A stretch of 64,000 nucleotides of DNA from an uncultured virus (IMG/VR IMGVR_UViG_3300020204_003072) (taxonomy: Duplodnaviria > Heunggongvirae > Uroviricota > Caudoviricetes), in the IMG/VR virus record IMGVR_UViG_3300020204_003072, positions 1 through 64,000 of that record. One strand, given 5' to 3'. Every line of letters starts with the position of its first letter. Position 1 is the first letter of the stretch. The position numbers and the translations under genes are program-made. The notes under the pieces are model-generated. The model saw only the letters and a program-made list of their open reading frames with translations, was not told where the DNA came from and did not search any database. Positions 19,521 to 30,113 of the stretch are shown in pieces.

Positions 19521-19617
19521 AGTTCTTTTTATATAAATATCATATAATAAAAAAAGGGACAGTAGCGAATTGTCCCTTTAACATTACCATAACCAGTAAT
19601 GGTCCTAAGCAAAGTTT

Positions 19618-20169
19618 TTATTGTCCTTTTACAAGATTAACACACTGTTTAAGATACTCTTTAGCTCTTGGTGATGGTGTGTATTCATCATCTTTTGTTT
19701 GTAGGTTTAAAATACGTTCAATATCCTTAACAAGTTCTGTACCGTGTTCATTTTCTTTATATAGTTCAATGATTTTATCCATAGCCTTATGACACTCACC
19801 AGTTGTTTCATCGTGATAGTTTTTATTTCTAAAACGATTTAGATTATTCATCATATCATAAGCTAAATGAGCACCACCATCTTTAACGTCTTTAAATAGT
19901 CTTATGTTATTTAAGATTCCTAGAGTATCGACCATTGAATTCACACCCATTCTTCTTTTATTAACACCAGGGGCATATTTAACGTATTCATCGGCTTGAC
20001 CAACAATTTCGTCAAGAAGAATCATATTTTCTGGAACACATCTAGGTTTAGGTGGTTCTTTCTTTTTATTTTCTCTTTGTTCACCACCCATCGGAACATC
20101 GCCATTTTCTTTAATTACCTTTTCAATTAAAGCAACAAGCTCACTTTCTGTTAATTTTATTTTTTTCAT
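19618..20169 (-). CDS. Hypothetical protein with leader D
   Basis: MKKIKLTESELVALIEKVIKE. Confidence 0.75.
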   Translation of the reverse strand: MKKIKLTESELVALIEKVIKENGDVPMGGEQRENKKKEPPKPRCVPENMILLDEIVGQADEYVKYAPGVNKRRMGVNSMVDTLGILNNIRLFKDVKDGGAHLAYDMMNNLNRFRNKNYHDETTGECHKAMDKIIELYKENEHGTELVKDIERILNLQTKDDEYTPSPRAKEYLKQCVNLVKGQ

Positions 20170-20247
20170 ATGATGATTTTAAAATAAATATGTTTTATTT
20201 AATCAATTTTAATGTATTTATATTAATAAATATCTAAATAGTTGATT

Positions 20248-20856
20248 ATGTTAGACAATATAATAAAAAGAGTTATAAATGAAGAAATAAACCACCCAAT
20301 GATTCTTACAGAATCGGTAAGAATTTCAGAAAATCTGAAATACCACTTGGATAATCAAATACCATTATCTGAAACTGTTTTTAGGATTTTTTCACCCGCA
20401 TATTTTGAATTAATTAATGAAGTGAGAAAACTTTATAATAATGGTTTAATGGATATTAACGAAGAAGATTTGTGGTTAGTTGAAAGTAACTTAGGTGAAA
20501 GTGTTACATTAGATAATGGAAAAAAAGTTTGGTTAGATGTTCCATTTGAAGTAAAGGAATCAATTAATGAGGCCGAACATAGAGGTAAAAAAGTAAAGCT
20601 TGGAAGTCCTTTTAGAACACCAGGTGGGCCAAAGAAATTTGCGGTATATGTTAAAACTCCAGGTGGCGGTGTGAAAAAAGTAACATTTGGAGATCCGAAT
20701 TTAAGAATTAAAAACGCAAATAAAGGAAGAGCAAAATCATTTAGAGCAAGACACAATTGTGACCAGAAAAAAGATAGAACCACAGCTGGGTATTGGTCTT
20801 GTAATGTTGGTAGATATGCCAAAAAATTAGGTCTTAAATCATCCAGAAATTGGTAA
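20248..20856 (+). CDS. Conserved large-phage protein with leader and basic C-terminal domain
   Basis: MLDNIIKRVINEE; KKFAVYVK...KKVTFGDP...SFRARHNC...AGYWSC. Confidence 0.7.
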   Translation: MLDNIIKRVINEEINHPMILTESVRISENLKYHLDNQIPLSETVFRIFSPAYFELINEVRKLYNNGLMDINEEDLWLVESNLGESVTLDNGKKVWLDVPFEVKESINEAEHRGKKVKLGSPFRTPGGPKKFAVYVKTPGGGVKKVTFGDPNLRIKNANKGRAKSFRARHNCDQKKDRTTAGYWSCNVGRYAKKLGLKSSRNW

Positions 20857-20862
20857 TATTTT

Positions 20863-22095
20863 ATGGGACCATACGAAAGATTTATTAACCCAAGATATGT
20901 AAAAATATTCAATCATTTCTTAAAAGAAGTATGTGAAGCGGCTATTGAAAACAAATATCACACGAAGGTAAAGCTTAAATTATATGGTATTGGTGTAAGA
21001 CCAAAAAGTTCTGTTTATGAAGAAATACCAAAAGAAGAATTATTAGATTCACAGACAAAAGTTGATTTTTTTATTGATTCTGAACCTAGTAGATTTAGTA
21101 GATTTAATGTTGTTGAAGATTTAATACTTCTTGAAGGTAAATCTTTCCTACAATTACAAAATGCCGACTATATGGGTTATATACCAGAATATTTTCGTAT
21201 TAGAATACATTTCAATAACAGACCATTATTTCCTTTAGATTATGTTAGTGAAGATAGTTTAAATGAAGAAGTTGAGCCTTCTGAAAGGGCAGTTAAAAAC
21301 ATTTGTGATGCAAAAAAATTCTGTGAAGCACAAGGAAAAATTACATTTGGACAATTAAAAGAAATTGTAACAAACGCAAAAGCAAAAAGACTATATCAAC
21401 ATATTGGTGAAGGTGGCTTTAAAGCAACACTGAGATTACTTCCTTGGTTTTTTCCACAATTAGCAATTGCTGGTTTTACTGGATCAATACTAAGAGCTTT
21501 TAATAAAATATTCAGACCTGGGATTGAAGAAACAACTGGATATAAAACTTGGTGGGGTAAAACTATAATGAAATTGTTTGACTTGGTTGAAGGGGAATTG
21601 GGAATAGGTGACCCGTTATCAAAAATATTTTTTATTTCAGATGGATTAATGACAATGCTTGACGATAAATTAAAAGTTAAGTTTGCCAGACATATTGCTG
21701 AAATTGCTAGTGAAAAACCAGACGATGAAGAAGTTCCAGAATACTTTGTTGAAAATGAATTAAGGAAATATCTAAATGAAAAGTTTTTATTAGACCCACC
21801 ATTAAGTCCAAAAGAAATTAAAAAGAATGACGACTTACCTTTCAAAGAAGTTAAAGAAAATGGAATTAAAACAAGACTTTTCAAAGAAAATGTAAGTAAT
21901 GGGGAATTAAAATGGCACTTTGATAAACAAGATAGAAAAGTTAAAGTTGTTAAATCAAATAACTGGATGTTACAGATGGATAATGATATCCCAAAACCAT
22001 TAAAGGAAGGACAAACAATATTTATTCCAAAAGGTGTTTATCATAGAGTGATAAAAGGTCAAGGTGATTTAATTGTAAAAATAAAAGAATTGTAA
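20863..22095 (+). CDS. Multidomain protein with C-terminal cupin
   Basis: WH.D...W.LQMDN...IFIPKGVYHRVIKG; internal SLNEE. Confidence 0.7.
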   Translation: MGPYERFINPRYVKIFNHFLKEVCEAAIENKYHTKVKLKLYGIGVRPKSSVYEEIPKEELLDSQTKVDFFIDSEPSRFSRFNVVEDLILLEGKSFLQLQNADYMGYIPEYFRIRIHFNNRPLFPLDYVSEDSLNEEVEPSERAVKNICDAKKFCEAQGKITFGQLKEIVTNAKAKRLYQHIGEGGFKATLRLLPWFFPQLAIAGFTGSILRAFNKIFRPGIEETTGYKTWWGKTIMKLFDLVEGELGIGDPLSKIFFISDGLMTMLDDKLKVKFARHIAEIASEKPDDEEVPEYFVENELRKYLNEKFLLDPPLSPKEIKKNDDLPFKEVKENGIKTRLFKENVSNGELKWHFDKQDRKVKVVKSNNWMLQMDNDIPKPLKEGQTIFIPKGVYHRVIKGQGDLIVKIKEL

Positions 22096-22964
22096 TGTAT
22101 AGAAAAAGATTTATAATAACTGAAAGTGAAAAAAAACATATAAAAAATTTATATGGTTTGTTAGTTGAACAAAGGGGTAATGTAACTGGTTGTACTTTTA
22201 GTGATGTGTATAAAAACACGTTAAGTGATTATAATGAAATTATGACTAAATATGGTAATGACTTTAATAAAATTTCTGATATTTTAACAACTAAAGCAAA
22301 AGAAATAATACAGAATGTAAAAAATAAAAATCAAAATGAAAATATTGAATTTGAGTCTGCCTGTCAAGTAGCTTTAAACACTATAAGAACAAATTATCAA
22401 AATAAACCTTGGTTAATAATAGATCAGGTTAAAAATACAGTTTATTTTTTTACTAATGGTGGGACATATTTAACTGGGACTTTAGCAATTATGGGAAAAG
22501 ATAAACCAACTGATGAATTTAAAGCTTGGTCTTTAATGGATGATGATGAAAGAAACAATTCTGGTTTTGACCCAATATCTAGAATTGGCGGTAGATTTGC
22601 ACCAACTGGTGTGTTTAATGCTGGACCAGGACAAACTTATACACAATATACAGGTGCCGGAACAAAAGAAACCCCAAAAAATAATCTTTGGTCTTTTTTT
22701 GATGAGTCTGGTAAAGAATTGGTAACAGCAATACACGGTGTTAAAAATACCACAGAAAGAAATGAAGCGTTTAAATGTGTAAATGGTACAAAACTAACTA
22801 AAGAAACAAATTTAGATTTATCTAGTGGTTGTATAAATTTACCAACAAGTTTTTTGGATAAATTAACCAATTTAAATATCGATATATCTAAGTATAAAAT
22901 TTTTAGCTTAGGTGATGAAAACTATTTAGTTAAAAATTCATCAAACATTGATAACATCACTTAA
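22095..22964 (+). CDS. L,D-transpeptidase (YkuD)-like protein with leader C
   Basis: AIHGV...LSSGCINL catalytic His/Cys pattern; MYRKRFIITESEKKHI. Confidence 0.7.
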   Translation: MYRKRFIITESEKKHIKNLYGLLVEQRGNVTGCTFSDVYKNTLSDYNEIMTKYGNDFNKISDILTTKAKEIIQNVKNKNQNENIEFESACQVALNTIRTNYQNKPWLIIDQVKNTVYFFTNGGTYLTGTLAIMGKDKPTDEFKAWSLMDDDERNNSGFDPISRIGGRFAPTGVFNAGPGQTYTQYTGAGTKETPKNNLWSFFDESGKELVTAIHGVKNTTERNEAFKCVNGTKLTKETNLDLSSGCINLPTSFLDKLTNLNIDISKYKIFSLGDENYLVKNSSNIDNIT

Positions 22965-23919
22965 CAACATATTTCACAGTATTTAAACAGCCTATTGTAT
23001 TTGGATTCCCGCCAGCATAAGAAATCGCACTTTGTAATGATTCTTCAATATCCTTTAACTTATCAAAAATAGAAACTTCTTTATATGGTACAAGTTTTCT
23101 AATCCCTTCTATTCTATTTGTTTTTCCAGATTGTGAAGATGATGCACTACCCCAAAATTCTTTGTACCAATGACCATCTAATTCATTTTTAATTTTTTCA
23201 CCTGGAGATTCGTTAAATCCGGCCAACATACCACCAATCATAACCATTGATGCTCCCAATACAAGACTTTTTACAATATCACAATGTTCTTTTATTGAAC
23301 CGTCAGCAACAATTGGTTTTTTTGCAACTTTAACACATTTTTTAATCATAGATGCTTGCCAACCACGGTTACCAAATCCGGTTGAATGGTACGTTGTACA
23401 AGCTGATCCTCCACCAATACCGCATTTTACCGCGTCACAACCCCAAGACTCCAAATCCGTTACAGCTTCTGGTGTACAAACATTACCACCAATTAAAAAT
23501 ACATTCGACATTTTATTTTTAATGTATTTAACCATTTTTTTCATTTTAATTGAATAACCGTGTGCAATATCAACTGTAATAAAATGCGGTATTAAATTTT
23601 TTGATACAAGTTTGTCAATTAAGTAATAAGAATCTTCATTTACACCAACAGAAATTGATGCAATTAAATTATGGTCTTTCATTTCTTTAACAAAAGAAAA
23701 TTCATCAATATTAAATCTATGTAATATATAGAAATAACCTTTTTTTGATAGTTCTTTAGCTAAATTAATATCAATTATACTTTCCATATTAGCAGGTACA
23801 ATCGGAAGTTTAAATCTATGACCACCAAACATACAAGTTGTATCACAATCACTTCTACTTTCAATACTACTAAAATTTGGTAGCAGAGTCATATTATCAA
23901 AATCAAATACTTTTTTCAT
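22957..23919 (-). CDS. guaC: GMP reductase
   Basis: PIVPANM, VDIAHG, KCGIGGGSACTT, ADGSI, FWGSAS, LQSAISYAGG; no CBS insert. Confidence 0.9.
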   Translation of the reverse strand: MKKVFDFDNMTLLPNFSSIESRSDCDTTCMFGGHRFKLPIVPANMESIIDINLAKELSKKGYFYILHRFNIDEFSFVKEMKDHNLIASISVGVNEDSYYLIDKLVSKNLIPHFITVDIAHGYSIKMKKMVKYIKNKMSNVFLIGGNVCTPEAVTDLESWGCDAVKCGIGGGSACTTYHSTGFGNRGWQASMIKKCVKVAKKPIVADGSIKEHCDIVKSLVLGASMVMIGGMLAGFNESPGEKIKNELDGHWYKEFWGSASSSQSGKTNRIEGIRKLVPYKEVSIFDKLKDIEESLQSAISYAGGNPNTIGCLNTVKYVVK

Positions 23920-24325
23920 TTTCATTATTTTCTTCAATTAAATTTGTAATTCTATTTTTACCCTTTTCACCAATTGGAATTGGGTTTCCTTCTTCATCGA
24001 TTCTAACAAATCTAATATTTGTTTTAAGAACAACAGCTTGATTACCAGTATAAACATTGTGTGCTCTTGCTTCCATATATAATGTTAAAGAACTATTACC
24101 AAGTTTTGCTGGTTTACCATAAATTTTTATTAACTGACCTTCTTTTGCTGGTTTTTCAAAATTACATTTATCTATTGACACCGTAACAATTCTTGGTGTG
24201 TCACATAATTGCATTGCATATCCTGCAGCCGAAGCATCAATCCAAGCAAGAAGTTTACCACCAAACAAATTTCCGTGGAAACCTAAGTCAGATTTTTTTA
24301 TTGGGTGTGAATTTAATAACTCCAT
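23903..24325 (-). CDS. Acyl-CoA thioesterase (hotdog fold, YciA-like)
   Basis: HGNLFGGKLLAWID...VTVSID...F..P...FVRIDEEG.P. Confidence 0.9.
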   Translation of the reverse strand: MELLNSHPIKKSDLGFHGNLFGGKLLAWIDASAAGYAMQLCDTPRIVTVSIDKCNFEKPAKEGQLIKIYGKPAKLGNSSLTLYMEARAHNVYTGNQAVVLKTNIRFVRIDEEGNPIPIGEKGKNRITNLIEENNENEKSI

Positions 24326-24392
24326 TTCTTTATTTTATTTTTTAAAAAAATAGATATATTTTAATTTATAGTCAAATAAAGTATTTATTATT

Positions 24393-24989
24393 ATGAAGTT
24401 CAGAAATTTAATTTTGGAAGATGGTAGAAGAAGGGATGTTATTCGAGTTGTTGTCAAAGATATTATAAAATTATTTAAAGAAGAAGATGAAGGTGAATTT
24501 CATTTACCAAATTATTATGATGAAGAAAATGATTACTATGAATTTCCAAATTTAGGAGAAGTTTTTCTTATTGAAGTTATTTTACAACAAAATGAAGACC
24601 TAGAAAGTTTCAAGGTTAATGCCGATTACTACCATAATGATGATATAATTGAAGTTACAATTGAATATAACCCAAATAATAAGACAAGAATAACTTATGA
24701 TTTGGTTGGTGAACTAAATGAAGTTATTGCACACGAAATTAGACATATTGAACAAAAAGTTAAGGGAACGTTTGATTTAGGTGGGGATGATGTTGAAGAT
24801 CCTTATGAATATTATACACAACCACACGAACTTGACGCTCAAGTTTTTGGTTTTAAAAGATTATCAAAAATAACAAAAACACCAATGGATGTTGTTGTTA
24901 AAAGATGGTTTAAAACACATAAAGATGTTCATAGGTTAACCGATGAACAAGCAACAGATGTTATAAGTAAAATATTAAATTATAAGTAA
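24393..24989 (+). CDS. Zincin-like protein (HExxH)
   Basis: HEIRH..Q and YY..PHELDA; MKFRNLILED leader. Confidence 0.65.
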   Translation: MKFRNLILEDGRRRDVIRVVVKDIIKLFKEEDEGEFHLPNYYDEENDYYEFPNLGEVFLIEVILQQNEDLESFKVNADYYHNDDIIEVTIEYNPNNKTRITYDLVGELNEVIAHEIRHIEQKVKGTFDLGGDDVEDPYEYYTQPHELDAQVFGFKRLSKITKTPMDVVVKRWFKTHKDVHRLTDEQATDVISKILNYK

Positions 24990-24994
24990 TTGTT

Positions 24995-25405
24995 ATGAAG
25001 GTACCACAAGAATATACAGCTAAAGTTGAAAAAATAAAAAATGTTATTTTATCAAGGTCTGGTTTAATATCGGAATATGGTCTTAACAATATTAAAATGG
25101 AAGTTGACGAATTTGATACTTTTGCTGATAATACTGTTTCTGAAATTGTATTTAGTCTTAGATTGAGTAATGTTGAATGTGATGAATGTGATCATCAACC
25201 GGAGTTAATTAGTGAAACAATTATAAACTTAAAATATAAAATAGAAAGTGCTGCCAATTTTTATATTTCACCAACATTAGAATTAAAAAGTAGTGGAGAT
25301 TCTCTTAGAGGTGTACTATTTTATGATTGTAAAATTTGGAGAAGTGAATTTGAATATCTTACATTTGGAATTTTCTATGATGTTGGTGAAGACTTTAAGA
25401 TTTAA
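24995..25405 (+). CDS. Hypothetical protein
   Basis: ORF. Confidence 0.65.
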   Translation: MKVPQEYTAKVEKIKNVILSRSGLISEYGLNNIKMEVDEFDTFADNTVSEIVFSLRLSNVECDECDHQPELISETIINLKYKIESAANFYISPTLELKSSGDSLRGVLFYDCKIWRSEFEYLTFGIFYDVGEDFKI

Positions 25406-26012
25406 ATCTTTTTACAATTTCTAACATTAATCTTTTTGCAAAATTACCACCAAAACTAACAACTAAAAAAGCAAGACTTCGACCAACAATTTCTTTTGTA
25501 TCAACAGAACTTCCAGTTTGTGCAACTTCATATAACTCTGGTAATATTGGTATTAAAAAAGTATATGCAAGCATATTTGATATTTTAGCCGTAGGTACTG
25601 CCAAACTTTCAATAAAAGATAAAAAAACACTTTTTAATTTACCTGCAACATCCAAAGCACTATCAAATTCAAAAACCAATTCTTTTTCTTTTATTTTTTC
25701 TAATACTTTTCCTAACATTTCTTTATTTGAATGATAGTACGTTAATATTATTCCAGTTGAAATTAATGCTAATTCAGTTGATGATATTTCAGGAAATTTA
25801 CCTTCAATAAAATCTGATACTGGCATAACAAAACCAGCAATTGTTGCACCCCAAGTTGTTAAAAAATTTAAGTCAAGACCGATTTGGTTTTTTGTTTCTT
25901 TAACGACTTTTTTGAAAAAAGATTCTAACTCTTTCAATTTATCCACTATGTTTATTTGTCTTTCCTCAAGTAAAATTTTTTTATATTGAGACTCTGATAT
26001 TATTATCTTCAT
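25395..26012 (-). CDS. Membrane protein with MKIIISESQY leader
   Basis: Leader plus several hydrophobic helices. Confidence 0.7.
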   Translation of the reverse strand: MKIIISESQYKKILLEERQINIVDKLKELESFFKKVVKETKNQIGLDLNFLTTWGATIAGFVMPVSDFIEGKFPEISSTELALISTGIILTYYHSNKEMLGKVLEKIKEKELVFEFDSALDVAGKLKSVFLSFIESLAVPTAKISNMLAYTFLIPILPELYEVAQTGSSVDTKEIVGRSLAFLVVSFGGNFAKRLMLEIVKRFKS

Positions 26013-26045
26013 AACAAATAAATATTTCGCTATATTTATATTTGT

Positions 26046-26360
26046 ATGGCAAGTAGAATTAAATATTTAAAAAATGCACCACTTGAAGTCGGAGATGAAG
26101 TTGTGTGTGTGATAATGGATGATAATTTTTCACCCGTTAAGTCTGGAACTCCAGGAGTTGTTAAGTCTGTGAGTAATGTACAAGGAAGTAATGTATATTA
26201 TGTAAATTGGGCTAGTGGGTCCAAACTTGCATTACTTCAAGGTGTTGATCAATGGAGAAAAGTTGTTAGTGAAGACGATGAAGAAGAAGACAGACAATTA
26301 AGTGAAGGTTTTATGTTTTTTACCACAAAAAGAGCATTAATAAAAGAAATAAAAAAATAA
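26046..26360 (+). CDS. DUF4314-like small beta-barrel protein
   Basis: VGD.V....M.D...PV..GT.G.V......V.W..GS.L.L..G.D.W. Confidence 0.6.
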   Translation: MASRIKYLKNAPLEVGDEVVCVIMDDNFSPVKSGTPGVVKSVSNVQGSNVYYVNWASGSKLALLQGVDQWRKVVSEDDEEEDRQLSEGFMFFTTKRALIKEIKK

Positions 26361-26363
26361 ATT

Positions 26364-26990
26364 ATGGCACAATACTTTTTCAAAATGTCACAAGCTGAAA
26401 AAAATGACATTTTAGATAAACATAAAACAATTTATGATGGTTATGTAACACAATATGGTCAACAACCAAATATACAACCATTATATGTACAAGACTTTGC
26501 AAACGATAAAGGTGGTCTTACCGTATCAAATAAAGGTGTAGTAAAACCATACACAAATATGAATATCAATGAAGATATTGATAGAAGAGATAGAATTGGT
26601 GATGGTCCACACGATTTACAAAATGGTACAGTTGATTTAAGAGGTGTTCCAGATATGTCAGATGTTGATAGAGAATATTTTCACGATTTATACCCATCTC
26701 CAAATGAAGATGAAACAGAATATGTTTCACTTGGAATGAAAAATGATGATGAAGAATGTACACATTGTGATGGAAATTCATTAGATATTGTTATTGATTT
26801 TGATGAATTGGGTGAAGACTTTGAATACGATATTGATAGGGATTTTTCTGAAGATTTAGCCGGGCCAATGAATTATGAAGTTACCGGAGATAGTTTTAGA
26901 GATGAAGTTGATCATGAAGAAATTCCTAACTTTATGGAAAAACTAAACGAATCACTTGATATGTTTAGAAGATTTAAAAAATATAATTAA
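26364..26990 (+). CDS. Acidic hypothetical protein with leader C-like N-terminus
   Basis: MSQAEKNDILDKH; C-terminal LNESLDMFRRF. Confidence 0.7.
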   Translation: MAQYFFKMSQAEKNDILDKHKTIYDGYVTQYGQQPNIQPLYVQDFANDKGGLTVSNKGVVKPYTNMNINEDIDRRDRIGDGPHDLQNGTVDLRGVPDMSDVDREYFHDLYPSPNEDETEYVSLGMKNDDEECTHCDGNSLDIVIDFDELGEDFEYDIDRDFSEDLAGPMNYEVTGDSFRDEVDHEEIPNFMEKLNESLDMFRRFKKYN

Positions 26991-26991
26991 A

Positions 26992-27294
26992 ATGGAAATA
27001 CAAGAAATTGTTTCTTACTACTTATACGAAGACACAAAAAGAGTTGAAGTTTCTTTTAGACTTACAACCGATTCTGAAGATGAAATAAGAAATGATGTTA
27101 TTAACTTGGATGATTCAAAAGAGTTTGGATATAATCTAATCCAGGAAAGTACAGATTTTTTTAATTTTGATGATGATGAATTGGATGAAGATGATTCAGA
27201 TTTTCAAACAATAGATGAAGATTTATTACTTTCTTTTTTAAATGAATATTACATTGTACATTCGGACAAATTACCTAAAGTTGAAATAATATAA
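26992..27294 (+). CDS. Acidic hypothetical protein
   Basis: In-frame ATG (MEIQEIVSY) right after previous stop. Confidence 0.65.
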   Translation: MEIQEIVSYYLYEDTKRVEVSFRLTTDSEDEIRNDVINLDDSKEFGYNLIQESTDFFNFDDDELDEDDSDFQTIDEDLLLSFLNEYYIVHSDKLPKVEII

Positions 27295-27310
27295 AAAAGT
27301 CCGTATTTTC

Positions 27311-27814
27311 TTACGGACCTACTCTTGTCAAAAAGAGTGTGATAGATTCATTTGGTCCAGATGAACCGTAAGCCCACTGTCCTGTTGAACGTAATACTAA
27401 TGTTTCAGCACCATCTTCAATAATATTAAAAACCTTTCTTGTTCCTTCAAATTCTATAATTAAGTTACCCAAAGCTGTATTTGTTTCACCAACAACATTA
27501 TAAAAGTAAGCTTTATTCCAAACTGTTGAACCATCTGGTTGTGGACTTGGTGAAAATCTAATTTGTACATAATCCATATGTAATTTAAAAAAACCAACTG
27601 GTATTGAATCAAAAGGTGATACATCGTTTGGATTCACGTATAAATCACCTGGATAGAAAACCATTGATTGTGGTGATGGACTATTATCAGTTTGTTCATA
27701 TGTTATTTTATCAACACGATATTCACCACTTAAAGATAAAAGTTTTGGTTGTGTATATTTAACACAAGAACTTAATGAAATTAAAAGAATAAAAAGTTTA
27801 AAAATGGTTTTCAT
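27311..27814 (-). CDS. Lipoprotein, lipocalin-like
   Basis: Lipobox LSSC; LSGEYRV start and TLFLTR end typical of lipocalin-like barrels. Confidence 0.65.
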   Translation of the reverse strand: MKTIFKLFILLISLSSCVKYTQPKLLSLSGEYRVDKITYEQTDNSPSPQSMVFYPGDLYVNPNDVSPFDSIPVGFFKLHMDYVQIRFSPSPQPDGSTVWNKAYFYNVVGETNTALGNLIIEFEGTRKVFNIIEDGAETLVLRSTGQWAYGSSGPNESITLFLTRVGP

Positions 27815-27886
27815 ATTGTATTATTTATATAACTACAAAATTAATACTTTTTTTTAAATATACAACTATTTATAAAGAAATATTTT

Positions 27887-28132
27887 ATGCAACTTGAAGA
27901 ATTAATTGGTTTAATGGAAAAATATACCTTTAATAATGATTTTGATGGTGAATTAGGCGAACAAGACGCACCTGCCGCTGGAGGTGGTGGTGCAACAGCT
28001 GGAGCTGCATACCCAACTGTCACAAAATGGGAAACCGGTTTAACAAGAAGTGTTGCAAACACAATTGATGATAAAGTTACTTGGTCGTCATTATATAAAA
28101 TTACAAGAGGAAAAGCAAATACATTATTATGA
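27887..28132 (+). CDS. Small hypothetical protein
   Basis: TATTTAT upstream; internal repeat TR(S/G).ANT. Confidence 0.65.
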   Translation: MQLEELIGLMEKYTFNNDFDGELGEQDAPAAGGGGATAGAAYPTVTKWETGLTRSVANTIDDKVTWSSLYKITRGKANTLL

Positions 28133-29148
28133 ATAACAAGAGCCTTTTATTGGAAAGAATTTTATTGAATATGATATATGATTCTAAAAAAACTTTGTCT
28201 GAAAATAAAATCATTCTTAATGAAAGTAAACCAAAAATAATAACATTTTATGGTCCTAAATCCCATAACCCAAATAAAAAAGTTCAATATATAATATATG
28301 GTACAATTATGAGTAATGTGTCTGCAAATTTAGAGAAGTTTGGATATAAACTAAGTAGTTCGAGTTGGGAATATACAGAAGGTTATAAACTTTCGAAATT
28401 TAAAACTGAAAATTCCATAGCAGATTGTTGCCTCGAAAGATACCCATGGTTGGGTCATAAAGATTACAAAAGCTACAGAAAAAAAAAGTGTGAGGAATTC
28501 GGAGGTAGTTTTCACTGGGACGAAGATAGATGTTCAAAAAATATGGGTGAGTGTAAGAAGTGGGATGATGAATGTGAAAAAAATTACCACACAAATTTGG
28601 AAATTTTAGAGAAAGAACGAGCCAGTCATTGTAAAGGAAAAATACAGGATAATCCACTAATAATGAACTTGCCATTTCAAATTGATTTACAAGGTTATCC
28701 AATAAAATATTACTACGTAGAAGGTTTTATTGAACCTTTCAAAACAGAGAACTACAATGGTACATATCAAATTTATATGGAATTGGAAGGTAATGATTGT
28801 ACATTTGGCGACTTTACTTACTACCCTGTTGTGGATGGAAAGATTTGGAGGGGGCACGTTAGCCTACCCCCTTATGAAATACCACCAAAAAAACCAGAAC
28901 CAGTTATAAAAAAGGTGGATAGAGTTGTTGATTCTGGAAAAACATTGGAAGAAAAAAAACAATGGTGTAAATTAAAGGGTAATGTTTGGGATGAAGTACT
29001 TGGTGTGTGTACCAATGCTAAAGTTAGTTTAAAAGCTAAACAATCAAGCGGTTCAAAAAGTAAAAGTGTTGGAATAATCAAAAACAATATTAATAGTGAA
29101 TTTAAAGCAAAAGAAATAACATTTCAGTTAAGTGGAGGAGGATTATAA
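28129..29148 (+). CDS. Cys-rich protein; conserved N-leader and C-terminal EITFQLSGGGL
   Basis: Termini shared with ORF 29150. Confidence 0.75.
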   Translation: MNNKSLLLERILLNMIYDSKKTLSENKIILNESKPKIITFYGPKSHNPNKKVQYIIYGTIMSNVSANLEKFGYKLSSSSWEYTEGYKLSKFKTENSIADCCLERYPWLGHKDYKSYRKKKCEEFGGSFHWDEDRCSKNMGECKKWDDECEKNYHTNLEILEKERASHCKGKIQDNPLIMNLPFQIDLQGYPIKYYYVEGFIEPFKTENYNGTYQIYMELEGNDCTFGDFTYYPVVDGKIWRGHVSLPPYEIPPKKPEPVIKKVDRVVDSGKTLEEKKQWCKLKGNVWDEVLGVCTNAKVSLKAKQSSGSKSKSVGIIKNNINSEFKAKEITFQLSGGGL

Positions 29149-29149
29149 T

Positions 29150-30097
29150 ATGAATAACAAGAGCCTTTTATTAGAAAAAATTTTATTGAATATGAAATAT
29201 GATTCTAAAAAAACTTCGTCTGAAAATAGAAAAATTATTTTGGAACAAGATCGAGACGGTGATGGTGTTCTTGACAAAAATGATTATTGTCCAGATGTTC
29301 CTGGTAAAAAAGAACTTAATGGTTGTCAACCACTTACAAAAACATTTGATATAAAAGGATCACCATTATACTTTTATGGCGAAGTTAAACAAACATTTGG
29401 TGATGCCTTAACAAAGGTTTTTTTAAATGAAAACGACCCCAATGCAACTGTAAAATATTATTATGGTTCCCATAGTAGGACATTAGGTCATATCCTATAT
29501 GGCATGTGTCGTGCGTCGTTATCGAAGTACGCAAGGTCAAACGAAAACACATATTTCCAAAATGAAGAAATAACAAATTGTATTTCAGATAGTAAAAAAA
29601 ATTTAAGTTCTTTAAATAAAGCAGCCCCATTTTTAGTTTCACAAGGACCAAAAAATTTATTTTATTTAAGTTTCTATTGCGGTTACTGGGGACCAGAACG
29701 ACAAGGTTGGGGGCGTGATGGGTGGCAAACAATTTATGAAGACGGTTGTAATACAAATAATATTATTGGAGAACGTGGATATATTAACTATTCAACAGAT
29801 AAGTGGTTACCTGTTAGAACATATATAAAACAACAACAACCAAAAAAACAAACACCAAAACCAAAAGAAAAAGTATTAAATCTGGATTTGAAGGACTTTG
29901 AAATTATCGGAACAAAGGGGTCTACAAATAAACCAATTGATGCAAAAACAACAGAAAATCAAGTTACAGATTTAGGTGTTGATAACGGTGAAAAAAGTAA
30001 CTTTAATAGGTCTAACATCTTACCAACCCCAAACACTACTGATGCTGAATCTAAATCACAAGAAATAACATTTCAGTTAAGTGGAGGAGGGTTATAA
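29150..30097 (+). CDS. Protein with thrombospondin type-3-like Ca-binding motif; same termini as ORF 28129
   Basis: DRDGDGVLDKNDYCPDVPG...NGC directly after ILEQ. Confidence 0.75.
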   Translation: MNNKSLLLEKILLNMKYDSKKTSSENRKIILEQDRDGDGVLDKNDYCPDVPGKKELNGCQPLTKTFDIKGSPLYFYGEVKQTFGDALTKVFLNENDPNATVKYYYGSHSRTLGHILYGMCRASLSKYARSNENTYFQNEEITNCISDSKKNLSSLNKAAPFLVSQGPKNLFYLSFYCGYWGPERQGWGRDGWQTIYEDGCNTNNIIGERGYINYSTDKWLPVRTYIKQQQPKKQTPKPKEKVLNLDLKDFEIIGTKGSTNKPIDAKTTENQVTDLGVDNGEKSNFNRSNILPTPNTTDAESKSQEITFQLSGGGL

Positions 30098-30113
30098 TAA
30101 ATATTTATAAAAA

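Noticed and set aside
29116..29148. Ubiquitin-like C-terminal GG conjugation signal in LSGGGL
   Set aside because: The proteins end in Leu, no beta-grasp domain is evident, and no E1/E2/JAB genes are in the window.
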